Shown in pieces: positions 19,387 to 29,035 of a DNA stretch of 64,000 nucleotides. The translations under genes were made by a program, and so were the position numbers. The stretch's first letter is position 1. Each line of letters opens with the position of its first letter. The notes below the pieces were generated by a model. The model made no database searches, was not told the DNA's origin, and saw nothing but the letters and a program-made list of their open reading frames with translations. The stretch comes from Gemmatimonadota bacterium. GTDB taxonomy: Bacteria > Gemmatimonadota > Gemmatimonadetes > Gemmatimonadales > GWC2-71-9. Location: the NCBI GenBank assembly GCA_039588295.1, contig JBDHAB010000003.1:32001-96000 (forward strand), in the 5' to 3' direction.

Positions 19387-20843
19387 CGCGCGACCGAGAG
19401 CGCGTCGAGGGCGGCCGTGAGGAGCTGATAGAACCGTCCCACTGACGCGACGTGCACGCGCTCGTCCGGCGAATGGGGAAACTCGATCTGCGGGCCGAAC
19501 GAGATCATGTCCATCCCCGGAACTTTTTCGCCAATGATGCCGCATTCGAGCCCGGCATGAATCGCGCGCACCTCGGGCTCCGATCCGAACGCCTGTTCGT
19601 GCACCTGCTTGAGAACGCGGAGCAGCGGGGATTCGAGGTTCGGCTTCCAGCCGGGATAGCGGTTTCCCTCCTCGACATCCGCACCCGCGAGCGTGGCCAG
19701 GGCTCGAATACTCCGGCGTAGTGCGGTGAGTGCCGAGTCGACCGACGACCGACTGCTCATCCCGATTACGAGCGAGCCGTCGTCGCGTGCCACCGTTGCG
19801 AGATTTGTGCTGGTCTCCACGAGTTCCGGGATGTCATAGCTCATGGCCAACACGCCATGCGGCAAGCTGGTGAGCAATCGGAGCACCCGTTCGGTGGTCG
19901 CTTCATCCCACGCGTCACCCTGTGTACCGGTCTCATCGATCTCGAGTGCCATGCCGGGGTCGGCGGGCCGGAATTCCTCGAGCACGTCAGCGAATTCCTG
20001 ACGCAGTGCGTTGATGGTGGCGTCCTTCTGCGTGGGTGACACGACGATCCGTGCAAGAGCCTCGCGGGGGATGGCATTGTGCTTGTTTCCACCCCCGATC
20101 TCCGCCAGGCGAAGGTCGGCGTTCAGCGACACCGCATATAACATCCGCGCGATGACCTTCACCGCGTTCGCTCGCTGGAGGTGAACATCCACGCCCGAGT
20201 GGCCGCCCTTGAGGCCGTGGATTCTGAGCCGAAGAGGCTGCCAGTCCGCAGAAACCGGGGCCGAACGGAGCTGAAGCGTCAGCGTGCTATCCGCTCCCCC
20301 GGCACACCCGACATACACCGAGCCTTCCTCCTCCGAATCGAGGTTCAGCAGGCGACGGCCCTCGAGCAGGCTGCCGTCCAGCTCGGAGGCTCCGGTGAGG
20401 CCGGTTTCCTCATCGATCGTGAACAGGAACTCGAGCGGGCCGTGTGAGAGATCGTCGGCTTCCATGACCGCGAGCATTGCCGCAACCCCGATGCCGTTGT
20501 CGGATCCCAGCGTCGTGCCGCTGGCTTTCAGATATTCGCCGTCACGTTGGGGCTTGATGGGGTCCGTTGCGAAGTCGTGCTCCACGTCCGAGTTCTTCTC
20601 GTTCACCATGTCCAGATGGCCCTGGAGCACCGTGGCCGGAGCGGCTCCTCTGCCCGCGGTCGCGGGTTTCTTGACGACGATGTTGCCGGCTGCATCGGTG
20701 CGGTAGTCCAGACCCAGCTGCTCCGCTATACCGATCACGTGTCGGCGAATCTGCTCCTCTTCCTTGGATCCGCGCGGGATCGCGAGAATCTGATCGAAAT
20801 GGTGCCACACGGCCTGTGCCTCCAACGTCTCGACGAACGTCAT
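19383..20843 (-). CDS. pepD: Aminoacyl-histidine dipeptidase (M20C)
   Basis: QGHLDMV, TTLGSDNGIG, DEETG, NLDSEE, GGHSG, IHAGLECG, HSPDE. Confidence 0.92.
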   Translation of the reverse strand: MTFVETLEAQAVWHHFDQILAIPRGSKEEEQIRRHVIGIAEQLGLDYRTDAAGNIVVKKPATAGRGAAPATVLQGHLDMVNEKNSDVEHDFATDPIKPQRDGEYLKASGTTLGSDNGIGVAAMLAVMEADDLSHGPLEFLFTIDEETGLTGASELDGSLLEGRRLLNLDSEEEGSVYVGCAGGADSTLTLQLRSAPVSADWQPLRLRIHGLKGGHSGVDVHLQRANAVKVIARMLYAVSLNADLRLAEIGGGNKHNAIPREALARIVVSPTQKDATINALRQEFADVLEEFRPADPGMALEIDETGTQGDAWDEATTERVLRLLTSLPHGVLAMSYDIPELVETSTNLATVARDDGSLVIGMSSRSSVDSALTALRRSIRALATLAGADVEEGNRYPGWKPNLESPLLRVLKQVHEQAFGSEPEVRAIHAGLECGIIGEKVPGMDMISFGPQIEFPHSPDERVHVASVGRFYQLLTAALDALSVAR

Positions 20844-20912
20844 GGCTCCTCCCGGTTACGCCAGACATTCTACACGCTAGGTCCTGTGAGCACGAGAGGT
20901 GACGCCTCCGGT

Positions 20913-20941
20913 TTGACGGCCTACGACATTGCCGCTAAACT
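20913..20941 (+). promoter_or_regulatory. Sigma70-type promoter of the OPT gene
   Basis: TTGACG-N17-TAAACT ending 37 nt before ATG 20979. Confidence 0.6.
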
Positions 20942-20978
20942 CTGCCAATCCTGTTCCTGACCCCTCCGCGGAGACCCC

Positions 20979-22961
20979 ATGGACGAGAAGCCTTTCACTC
21001 CCTTCGTTCCCGCCTCGCAGGAACTGCCGGAATTCACGCTCCGCGCGCTGGTGCTGGGTGTCATCATGGCGGTGACGCTCGGAGCGGCGAATGCCTACGT
21101 GGGCATGCGCGCCGGTCTGACCGTCGCAGCGACGTTTCCGGCGGCAGTGGTGGCCATGGCGGTCCTGCGTGGGTTCCGTGGCTCGATCCTCGAGGAGAAC
21201 CTCGCACGAACGACGGCGTCCGTTGGAGAGGCGTTGGTCGCCGGGGCGATCTTCACGATTCCCGCGTTCGTGATCTCCGGGGCCTGGGATGAGCTCCAGT
21301 ATTTCCAGGCAACCGCGATCATGCTGATCGGTGGCACCTTGGGTGTGTTCTTTGTGATCGTGCTGCGCCGCACCCTGGTTGTGGAGGCCAATCTCCCATT
21401 CCCCGAGAGCGTTGCCGCTGCAGAGATCCACAAGGCCGGCCAAGGAGGGCAGACCGGCGCCGCCTATCTGTTCGGCGCGATGGGGTTGGCCGGGTTGTGG
21501 GAGCTTCTCAAGAACTCGAACGGTGTCCAGTTCGTTGTGGACAGCACGCAGGGATTCGTGTCGTTCGGGCGCTCGACTGTCGAGCTGTTTCAGGAGCGAC
21601 TCGAGTACGCAGGTGGATTGCTGCTGACGACTCCACACGCCTCGCCGATGCTGATGGGCGTGGGCTTCATCGTGGGAACGAGAATCTCGAGTGTGCTGTT
21701 CGCTGGTGCCGTGATGGGCTGGTTGCTTCTGGTACCGTTGGCACTGTTCCTGAACCCGTCGCTCATCGCGCTGGGAGAGGACCAGGGGATGGCCGCCCTC
21801 GCCAATCAGGTGTGGCTGCGCCAGATCCGCCCGCTAGCCGTGGGCACGATGATCGTGGCCGCGTTCTACACGCTGTACAACCTACGGTCCTCGCTCGTTG
21901 CCGGGATTACGAAGGCGCTCAAGCACGTGAGCCTCGCCGGTGGTGGCGGCAGTGATCGGACCGAAATCGATTTGGACCTCAAGAAGATCTTCGTCGCCAT
22001 CGGTGTGGGCGCCATCGCCACGTTCTTCCTGTATAACCACTTCGCGCAGTCGCTCAAGGGCGCGCTGGTGTTGACCGTGGTGATGGTCATCCTCGGGTTC
22101 CTGTTCGCCGCCGTTGCCGGATACCTCGTGGCGCTGATCGGCAGCTCCAACAACCCGATCTCGGGTCTCACGCTGAGCGCGTTGCTGATCGCCGCGATCC
22201 TGATGGTGTTCTTGGGAGTGACGGATGTTCGCGGTGTTGCAGGTGTACTCGGAGTCGCTGGGGTGGTCTGCTGCGCCGCCGGCGTTGCCGGCGACATGAT
22301 GCAGGACCTCAAGGTCGGGCACATCCTCGGCGGTACGCCGTGGCGTATGCAGATCGGCGAGATCATCGGCGTGATCTTTGCTGCATTTGTGTTGGCGCTC
22401 CCGCTGATGGCCCTCGACCGGGTGTATGAGATCGGATCGGCGGAGCTCCCGGCGCCGCAGGCCGGCCTGATGGCGCTCATGGCGAACGGGATCGTAGCCG
22501 GCGATATGGCGTGGCCGCTGGTCATCGTCGGCATGTTCTTGGCAATCGGTCTGATTCTGATCCGGTCGCCCGCGCCGATGCTCATCGCCGTCGGTATGTA
22601 CCTCCCGTTCCAGTCCACCGCTGCGATCTTCGTAGGCGGTCTCGTCAAGTGGGTGTTCGATGCGCGGCTCAAGGCGAAGGGTGCCTCGGAGGACGAACAA
22701 CGACGGGCGCAGAACCTCGGGGTCCTCCTTTCCTCAGGCTTCATCGCGGGAGAGTCACTCATGGCTGTCGTGCTCGCCCTGCTGGTTATCGGTGGCGACT
22801 TTGCGCCATGGCTACTCGGCTTCCAGGGCCTGACGTTCGGCGCGACCGCCAGCTTCTGGCCGAGTCTCATCGCGTATCCGGTAGTGCTGTATTTGCTGGC
22901 GTGGTTCACGATCAGCAAGATGCGGGAAGGGGGCCTGCCGGCCAGCAAGGTCGACGCGTAG
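20979..22961 (+). CDS. OPT-family oligopeptide transporter
   Basis: PEFTLRA, NAYVGMRAG, LPFPES, GSSNNPISG, MMQDLKVG, LPAPQA, GFIAGESL; many TM helices. Confidence 0.93.
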   Translation: MDEKPFTPFVPASQELPEFTLRALVLGVIMAVTLGAANAYVGMRAGLTVAATFPAAVVAMAVLRGFRGSILEENLARTTASVGEALVAGAIFTIPAFVISGAWDELQYFQATAIMLIGGTLGVFFVIVLRRTLVVEANLPFPESVAAAEIHKAGQGGQTGAAYLFGAMGLAGLWELLKNSNGVQFVVDSTQGFVSFGRSTVELFQERLEYAGGLLLTTPHASPMLMGVGFIVGTRISSVLFAGAVMGWLLLVPLALFLNPSLIALGEDQGMAALANQVWLRQIRPLAVGTMIVAAFYTLYNLRSSLVAGITKALKHVSLAGGGGSDRTEIDLDLKKIFVAIGVGAIATFFLYNHFAQSLKGALVLTVVMVILGFLFAAVAGYLVALIGSSNNPISGLTLSALLIAAILMVFLGVTDVRGVAGVLGVAGVVCCAAGVAGDMMQDLKVGHILGGTPWRMQIGEIIGVIFAAFVLALPLMALDRVYEIGSAELPAPQAGLMALMANGIVAGDMAWPLVIVGMFLAIGLILIRSPAPMLIAVGMYLPFQSTAAIFVGGLVKWVFDARLKAKGASEDEQRRAQNLGVLLSSGFIAGESLMAVVLALLVIGGDFAPWLLGFQGLTFGATASFWPSLIAYPVVLYLLAWFTISKMREGGLPASKVDA

Positions 22962-22977
22962 TGGATCGACAACCGTC

Positions 22978-23016
22978 AACGAAAACCGCCTCCCCAACGG
23001 GAGGCGGTTTTCGTTT
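22978..23016. terminator. Intrinsic, probably bidirectional, terminator
   Basis: Perfect 17-bp stem AACGAAAACCGCCTCCC-caac-GGGAGGCGGTTTTCGTT with T-tract and A-tract. Confidence 0.85.
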
Positions 23017-23046
23017 CTCTCGGTCTGTGGCCGAACCTGGAGCTGA

Positions 23047-23415
23047 GTGGTGAGACGCCGTAAGCAGTTGGAGCTCGGCCAGACCAACCTGCTGGCGATC
23101 AGTCCGGTACGTCTCGCGGAGTCGGAGGAGCTGGAAGGCCGGCTGGTCGTCATCCGGCCGAAACCGAGCACGCGTGGTGTACGCGGCTTCTTCGACCGAT
23201 TTCTGTACGAGCTTGCCGCAAAGCGCCTGCGACTCGATGACATCGGAACGTTTGCGTGGCGCCATCTCGACGGTCAGCGCACCGTCGCCCAGATCGCAGA
23301 ACTGTTGCGCGAGGAATTTGGTGAGGACGTGGATCCGGCCGAGCAACGGTTGGGCAAGTTGATCTGGGTGCTTTATCGCGAGGGTTTTGTCAGCTACCCC
23401 GGCTTCGACGACTGA
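23047..23415 (+). CDS. Stand-alone PqqD-family (RRE-fold) protein
   Basis: LDDIGTFAWRHLDGQRTVAQIAELLREEFG..AEQRL..L.REGFV matches the PqqD pattern. Confidence 0.8.
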   Translation: MVRRRKQLELGQTNLLAISPVRLAESEELEGRLVVIRPKPSTRGVRGFFDRFLYELAAKRLRLDDIGTFAWRHLDGQRTVAQIAELLREEFGEDVDPAEQRLGKLIWVLYREGFVSYPGFDD

Positions 23416-23433
23416 GGCCACCTCTCACACCGC

Positions 23434-24252
23434 TCACGCGATCCCTTCCTCGCGTTGCTCTCGGCCGTACCATTTGAAGAAAAGCACCGACGCGGTTCCG
23501 AAAATGATGAAGCCGCCCACCAGCTTCATGGCCATTCCCGCCAGTTGCTGGTCCTGGGTGGCAGAGAGCCTCCCTACGCGTGGTGCGAGCTCGTACAGCG
23601 CATAGATCGGGTAGTCGGCGAACGTCAAGAACGAGGCGGGGACGGTCGGCAGGAACACGTTTGCCAACAAAAACACGATGCGACCGGGGTAGGGAAGCGG
23701 ACGGAGTTCCGGCAACGGGCCCAGGACCTGCCACCAGAACACCAGACCCGAGAGGAGCCACGCCATATCGACGGCGAACGAGCCCACCTGCGTCACGGTG
23801 AGACCATCGACCGCCGTGGGAAGGTGGGTCCCGAGCATCACGAAGTTGAACACCACAAATGCCATCAGCGGACGGCTGAGGAACCGGGCGATCCGGTTCG
23901 CCCACGTCGGACTGATGAACGCCCGCAGCAACCACGTTGGCGTACCGTGCAGGAGGAGCGGCGGCGCGACCATGGTAAAGAGCAGGTACTGCACCATGTG
24001 AACGCTCGCCAGGTATCCGGCCCCGAGCGGTCCGAGCGGCCAATCAGCCGCGATCCACAGGACAAGCACTCCGAGCACGAACGCCGCGACCTGGCCGGGT
24101 CGTGTCGGAAGCCGCTCGGCGCCCCGAAAGAGCAGTCCTCTGACCGCAGCACCATACCCAATCAGCAGCAGCGCCACGAGAGCCCATACGCCGACATACG
24201 GCTGCCAGGCCCAGTCCCATGAGGTCGTTTGCGCGGAACACCACCAGGTCAT
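23434..24252 (-). CDS. ctaG: Cytochrome c oxidase assembly factor CtaG (caa3-type)
   Basis: SVHMVQYLL..APPLL, FWW, DQQLAG..MK motifs; membrane protein. Confidence 0.85.
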   Translation of the reverse strand: MTWWCSAQTTSWDWAWQPYVGVWALVALLLIGYGAAVRGLLFRGAERLPTRPGQVAAFVLGVLVLWIAADWPLGPLGAGYLASVHMVQYLLFTMVAPPLLLHGTPTWLLRAFISPTWANRIARFLSRPLMAFVVFNFVMLGTHLPTAVDGLTVTQVGSFAVDMAWLLSGLVFWWQVLGPLPELRPLPYPGRIVFLLANVFLPTVPASFLTFADYPIYALYELAPRVGRLSATQDQQLAGMAMKLVGGFIIFGTASVLFFKWYGREQREEGIA

Positions 24253-24758
24253 CGATCGGCGTCTCCGGCCGACTCCAGACGCTCGACCACTTCTGTGTAT
24301 GTCAGTGCCGCCGCGCGAACCGACACCGTTCCGGCCCGCGCGAACGTCAACGCGATCTCGACGGTGTCGCCGACCTGCACCGGCTTCGCGAGGCCGGTGA
24401 GCATGACGTGGTAGCCTCCCGGTCTCAACCGGAGTTGGCCGCCGGGTAGGACCGGCGCGGCCAGTACCGGTTGCATGCGGGACCGTCCGTTTTCGGTGAC
24501 GACGGTGTGCAGCGCTGCGTCACCGATCGCGGTGGCGACGGAAAGCAAGCTGTCGGCGTTTGAGCCATGGTTGACCACCGTGAAGTACACCGATGCCACG
24601 TCGGGTGCGGCGGAGGCTGGGGCAAAGGCATCGTAGATCGAGAGTCCGCCGAGCGTAGCCACCGGCTCGCGGACGTCGCCGGAGTTGGCCTGACCGCAAC
24701 CGATGAAGATCCCGACCCCGGCGGCGGACCATAGCGTTCCTCGCCGCATCGCGCTCAC
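24249..24758 (-). CDS. Copper chaperone PCu(A)C lipoprotein
   Basis: Lipobox FIGC; H-x10-M...PGGYHVML copper motif. Confidence 0.88.
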   Translation of the reverse strand: MSAMRRGTLWSAAGVGIFIGCGQANSGDVREPVATLGGLSIYDAFAPASAAPDVASVYFTVVNHGSNADSLLSVATAIGDAALHTVVTENGRSRMQPVLAAPVLPGGQLRLRPGGYHVMLTGLAKPVQVGDTVEIALTFARAGTVSVRAAALTYTEVVERLESAGDADR

Positions 24759-25414
24759 CACGCCTCATCCACCAGACGCGGGAGGTCGTTCGCCCAGTCG
24801 CTTTGTCTCGTACCCGACGGGTAGATCACGTGCGCACTGTCATCGGCAGTGAACGCGAGAACATAGGCGGCATGGCCCATGAGGTAATCGGGGCCCTCAC
24901 CTTGCTTGACTGCGGCGGGCAAGTTCAGGGACCGCTGAATGCTGTTCACCGCGTCGAGCGAGCCAGTCAGGCCCACGAACGTTGGGTCGAAGTTGTCGAG
25001 CCACGACCGGAGCCGTTCGGGAGTATCGCGCTCGGGATCGACGGTAACCATCACGACGCGCACTCGGTTGGCGGTCTGTGGCGGAACCTTGCGAAGCACC
25101 GCAGCGATGTTCGCCATGTGCACGGGGCAGATGTCAGGACAGTACGTGTAGCCGAAGAAGAGCAGGGTGACGTATCCGGACGTCTCGCGCCTGAAATCGA
25201 ACGGGGCTCCAGACGTCGTTGTGAGTGTGAAGTCGGTCTTTGGCAGTGCCTCGCCGAGCACGACGCCCCGCAGCTCGCCAAAGCCGCGCGGTGTGCCCTC
25301 GCCGCAGCCGATCGGGAGGAGAGCGAGAGCCAAGCCCACGGGCGTTATCATACCGCGAAGCCAGCGGCGAATGGCGGTTCGATTCGGGGTCAATCGGTCA
25401 TAACTGGAGTGCAT
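24755..25414 (-). CDS. SCO1/SenC family protein
   Basis: FFGYTYCPDICP, VDPERDT and conserved His (MGH); lipobox-like PIGC. Start is 25414 or 25351. Confidence 0.9.
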   Translation of the reverse strand: MHSSYDRLTPNRTAIRRWLRGMITPVGLALALLPIGCGEGTPRGFGELRGVVLGEALPKTDFTLTTTSGAPFDFRRETSGYVTLLFFGYTYCPDICPVHMANIAAVLRKVPPQTANRVRVVMVTVDPERDTPERLRSWLDNFDPTFVGLTGSLDAVNSIQRSLNLPAAVKQGEGPDYLMGHAAYVLAFTADDSAHVIYPSGTRQSDWANDLPRLVDEAW

Positions 25415-25499
25415 CGGTGGCAGAAATCTAGCTGGATGCGGCGGGGCGACGAGAAAGCAGCCGCCCGGGGCGGAGGAACGGAGTGTTAGGTCGTCTCCC

Positions 25500-26558
25500 C
25501 TAGTAGCTCGACCAATTATCCATCCAACCACCGGGGATGGGCGCAAAGCCGGTCAGTGAACTGAAGGCCGTCTGCACGTTGCAGGAATTGTAGCGCACAT
25601 CGATGTGAGTCCCGGCCGGCCCCCACTTGCCTTTTTGCACCGGTGGCCCCGTCTGTTCCCTGAGCCCGGTGACGAACGCGCCCTCGACGCGGCTCGTGTC
25701 CGCTTTGAAGTCGGCTTCCCCACCGACCAGAACGACACCCTGCCAATCGAACAGGGTCCCCTCCAGCTCGAGATCGCCGTCCACGACGAGCAGACCCGTA
25801 CCAATGACGTTGGTGAGCGTGTTGTTCCCTGAGAGGCGATACGTCGACCACGTGTTGAGATCGACGAGATTCGTGTAGTCCGGGGTGAACGCGGACCCGG
25901 TTGCGGCAGCCCAGTCGATGCCAAGGAACGCGATGCTGGCAAAAGTGGCAGTAGCAGGGCCTTCGAGCCCTGCGGGATCGACCTCCGGCGGTAACATGCT
26001 AGGAGTCGGCCCGAAGGGCGCCCTGAGGCCGTACACCGCTGGCTCGACTCCGCATTGGTCGTACCCGATGAGCGAATACGTGCCGTCGCAGCTCGAGCCT
26101 GTGCACCTGAAGTCGTTCACGGTTGTCAGCGCGCCGATCACGTCCATCGCACCGTACTGCCACCTCGCGAACTCTGCGACGACGCGGACCGCCTGAGGAT
26201 CGGCTCCCTGGGTTGGCTTGATCACGCGGCCCCGAGAACGGACGATGAACGTGATTCCACTGAGGGAGTCGGCCGGGCGTCTCACGATGTGGGCCACCAC
26301 ATCGGCGTATCCCCCGGTCACGTTGATGCGAAGCGAGTCGCCGTCGAGCGGCCGGGCCGCAAGGGAATCGTAATAGGCGAGATACTGGTCCAAGCCGCTC
26401 TGCGCGACGATGAGCGCATCGACCACATCACTACTACTCTCAGCAATCCGTCGGTCGACCTGCACCTGCACCATGACCGCCGACAACAAGATGGTGACCG
26501 TGGCGAGCACGAAGATCGTGAGCGGCAGGGCGAACCCGTTCTCGGACGTCCGCAGCAT
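25500..26558 (-). CDS. PilX-like minor pilin with large C-terminal domain
   Basis: GFALPLTIFVL prepilin-like N-terminus lacking Glu5; AQSGL motif. Confidence 0.7.
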   Translation of the reverse strand: MLRTSENGFALPLTIFVLATVTILLSAVMVQVQVDRRIAESSSDVVDALIVAQSGLDQYLAYYDSLAARPLDGDSLRINVTGGYADVVAHIVRRPADSLSGITFIVRSRGRVIKPTQGADPQAVRVVAEFARWQYGAMDVIGALTTVNDFRCTGSSCDGTYSLIGYDQCGVEPAVYGLRAPFGPTPSMLPPEVDPAGLEGPATATFASIAFLGIDWAAATGSAFTPDYTNLVDLNTWSTYRLSGNNTLTNVIGTGLLVVDGDLELEGTLFDWQGVVLVGGEADFKADTSRVEGAFVTGLREQTGPPVQKGKWGPAGTHIDVRYNSCNVQTAFSSLTGFAPIPGGWMDNWSSY

Positions 26559-26559
26559 C

Positions 26560-27390
26560 TCAGTTCGCTCGGTTCAGAAAGCGAATCTGACTGACCAGGC
26601 TGAACTTCGTGGGTTCCGCGGCGCCTCTCGGTGTACTCTCGCTTGCCCCTACGAAGCGCAGTTCGAGGCCTAGGACCGTCGTCAGATCGGCGGGGGGTGT
26701 TGGCAGCGCTGTCAGCGTGGGATCCGTCAGGAATCCGAAACCGGAAGATGTGTCGAACGGTGCGACCAGCTCTTCGTACGCGGCGGTGCTGGCCTTCCGC
26801 CACAGCCCGACTCGCCCGGGGAGATCCACCGACGGCGCGAACTTGTAGGTCACGTTCTGAAACAGGTAGCCGAGGCTTGCGGACAGCGGCTTGAACGGCG
26901 CGCCGGAGGGCACGTTGGAGATTGCGACCAACTGTCCGCCGGGCACGGTGTGAATGCTGTCTGCGACACAAGTCGAGGAATCGGTCGTCGTCATGACACC
27001 GACGGGGGCGATAAACTGGAAGACACCGTCGTTGCGTTGCCACGCGAGTCCATCGGGCGTCGCCGTGGCGTAGGCGAGGGAGTCACTGGGCACCAGCGTC
27101 GCGATGTGATCGCTCCCCACCCGGTCGCACATCGTCCCGAAGACGTAGGGTACGCGCACGGTCACGCTCTCAGGCGCAGCGGCGATGAGTGCTGAATCGC
27201 CCAGCATGCGGAGCTCCACGGCGGTCCAGTTCATGGCCGTGCGCGCGGTTCGGCGGGCGCTCAACATCGCTTCCTGTCGACCGGCGAAGCGCGAGTCGTT
27301 GACCAGAAGCCGGGTGAGCGCCGTGCCGAGAATGCCCGCGACGAGCACCGCGATGAGAAGCTCCACCAACGTAAACCCGGCGCGTCTCAA
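26560..27390 (-). CDS. PilW-like minor pilin
   Basis: TTG start overlaps the upstream stop; RRAGFTLVELLIA class III signal. Confidence 0.78.
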   Translation of the reverse strand: MRRAGFTLVELLIAVLVAGILGTALTRLLVNDSRFAGRQEAMLSARRTARTAMNWTAVELRMLGDSALIAAAPESVTVRVPYVFGTMCDRVGSDHIATLVPSDSLAYATATPDGLAWQRNDGVFQFIAPVGVMTTTDSSTCVADSIHTVPGGQLVAISNVPSGAPFKPLSASLGYLFQNVTYKFAPSVDLPGRVGLWRKASTAAYEELVAPFDTSSGFGFLTDPTLTALPTPPADLTTVLGLELRFVGASESTPRGAAEPTKFSLVSQIRFLNRAN

Positions 27391-27797
27391 TTGACCTTGA
27401 ACGGTGAGGGTGAGAGCGGTGCGGTCCGGTGCACTACGACCGTTTCCGGCGCAACGACGAGTACGCCCGTGGGATTCACCGTGACCGTAACGCGCTTGAC
27501 GCTCGGTGTCGGGTTCTGCACCGTGGTGCACCGCGAGTAGGCCATGAGCCCGGAGGAGTCGGACTGGCACCCGACCGAGCCGTCGATACTGTCCCAGGGA
27601 AGACCCTGCGCCCACGAGGACGCAGTGGTGACCGCGGCGCTGCGGTAGCCGGCCACGGAGGCGTTGCGTGCCTGACGGGCGACCTGAAACATCAGCCCAC
27701 CCAGCGCGATGAGCACCGCTGAGAGGATCCCCAACGCGACCATGACCTCGATCAGTGAGACACCGGTCTCGGACGAGAGCGTGTTACGGGAGAACAC
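27387..27797 (-). CDS. PilV-like minor pilin
   Basis: ETGVSLIEVMVALGIL prepilin motif. Confidence 0.78.
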   Translation of the reverse strand: MFSRNTLSSETGVSLIEVMVALGILSAVLIALGGLMFQVARQARNASVAGYRSAAVTTASSWAQGLPWDSIDGSVGCQSDSSGLMAYSRCTTVQNPTPSVKRVTVTVNPTGVLVVAPETVVVHRTAPLSPSPFKVN

Positions 27798-28242
27798 GGA
27801 CCTGACCGGCACGGGTGAGTCTGATTTGCTCGGTGTTGGTGGCTCGGCCCACCGTATACGTCACAGTCTGGGCGGCGACCCCGTTGGGAAAGATCTCCAC
27901 GGTGCTCGGCGTTGCCATGAGCGTGTCCAGCCCGAATTCGGTATCCGGCCCGGTGAACCGCCGCCGGAAGATCGTACCGCCCCGACTGCGAATTAACAGC
28001 AATCTGAGCGATGCGTTCACGATCACCACGACCGGTTCCCGTTGGCGTGCTGCGACCATCTGGGCGTACTGCAGGTCGGCGGCGATCGTGGACGCCGCCT
28101 GGCGGGCGCGGGCGCGTTCGATGGCCGGGCCGGTGCGCCAGACCGCAATCGCAACGAGGATGCCCGCGAGCGATATGACAACCGCTAACTCGACGACGGA
28201 GAACCCCGCCGTTCGCCCACTTCGGTGTCCGATTCTGGTCAT
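27784..28242 (-). CDS. FimT/GspH-like minor pilin
   Basis: AGFSVVELAVV; DLQYAQMVA; IFPNG; C-terminal LTRAGQVR. Confidence 0.78.
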   Translation of the reverse strand: MTRIGHRSGRTAGFSVVELAVVISLAGILVAIAVWRTGPAIERARARQAASTIAADLQYAQMVAARQREPVVVIVNASLRLLLIRSRGGTIFRRRFTGPDTEFGLDTLMATPSTVEIFPNGVAAQTVTYTVGRATNTEQIRLTRAGQVRVLP

Positions 28243-28404
28243 GACAAAACCTACGGCCGCAAGCTCCGGGCCACTATGGCCTGGTTGGCAAGCAGACCCG
28301 AGCATGGCTCGAGGCCGGAGTGCGCCCGACGGCGCAGATGTTTCCTAACTCCCTGTGATCCGCTAAGTTACTCGTCCGTTCCCCCGCTCATTGGAGGTTG
28401 CACC

Positions 28405-29004
28405 ATGACCGCAGTTCTTGCTGTGCTTGCGATCACACTCACCGGCAATCCGACCGTTTCGCTCGGGTTATTGCGCGATGCGCCAATGGTTACCGACACC
28501 GCCTGTGTCGCCATGAACACCCAGAGGCTGCCGCTGGATTCGCGGCGCAGCCCTCTGGACTCGCTGACGTTCACCGTGGATGGCAGCCCGGTCAAGATCT
28601 GCTATGGGCGGCCGTCGGCCCGCGCACGGACGATGCTCGGTGGCAACGTGCCCTTTGACCGCATCTGGCGAACCGGCGCCAACGAGCCGACGATGATCCA
28701 CGCCACCGTGCCCGTCACGGTTGCGGGCCTGGCCCTCGAACCCGGCAGCTACTCGCTCTACACGGTTCCGGGTGAGGAGTCGTGGGAGATCGTGGTCAAT
28801 CGATCGATCTCGCAGTGGGGGCACGAGTCCAACTACACGGACGCGCTCCGCGCGCAGGAAGTCGGACGCGCTACGGTTCGGACCAGCCACATGGACGAGC
28901 ATGTGGAGGCGTTCACGATCCGGGCGACCGAGCACGACAGCGGCGTGTCAGTGACGCTCGAGTGGGAGCACACGCGGGTCGTCATTCCGGTACGTGGAGG
29001 TTGA
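28405..29004 (+). CDS. DUF2911-family secreted protein
   Basis: RRSP, YGRPSARAR, WRTGANEPT, GSYSLYTVP, LEWE motifs; GGAGG RBS. Confidence 0.85.
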   Translation: MTAVLAVLAITLTGNPTVSLGLLRDAPMVTDTACVAMNTQRLPLDSRRSPLDSLTFTVDGSPVKICYGRPSARARTMLGGNVPFDRIWRTGANEPTMIHATVPVTVAGLALEPGSYSLYTVPGEESWEIVVNRSISQWGHESNYTDALRAQEVGRATVRTSHMDEHVEAFTIRATEHDSGVSVTLEWEHTRVVIPVRGG

Positions 29005-29035
29005 CGCACCGACCCACGCTGGCGTGCCGCCAGGC

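Noticed and set aside
23047..23415. PQQ or RiPP biosynthetic cluster
   Set aside because: No pqqA/B/C/E, radical SAM or precursor gene nearby; asnB is ~19 kb away with no lasso peptidase.
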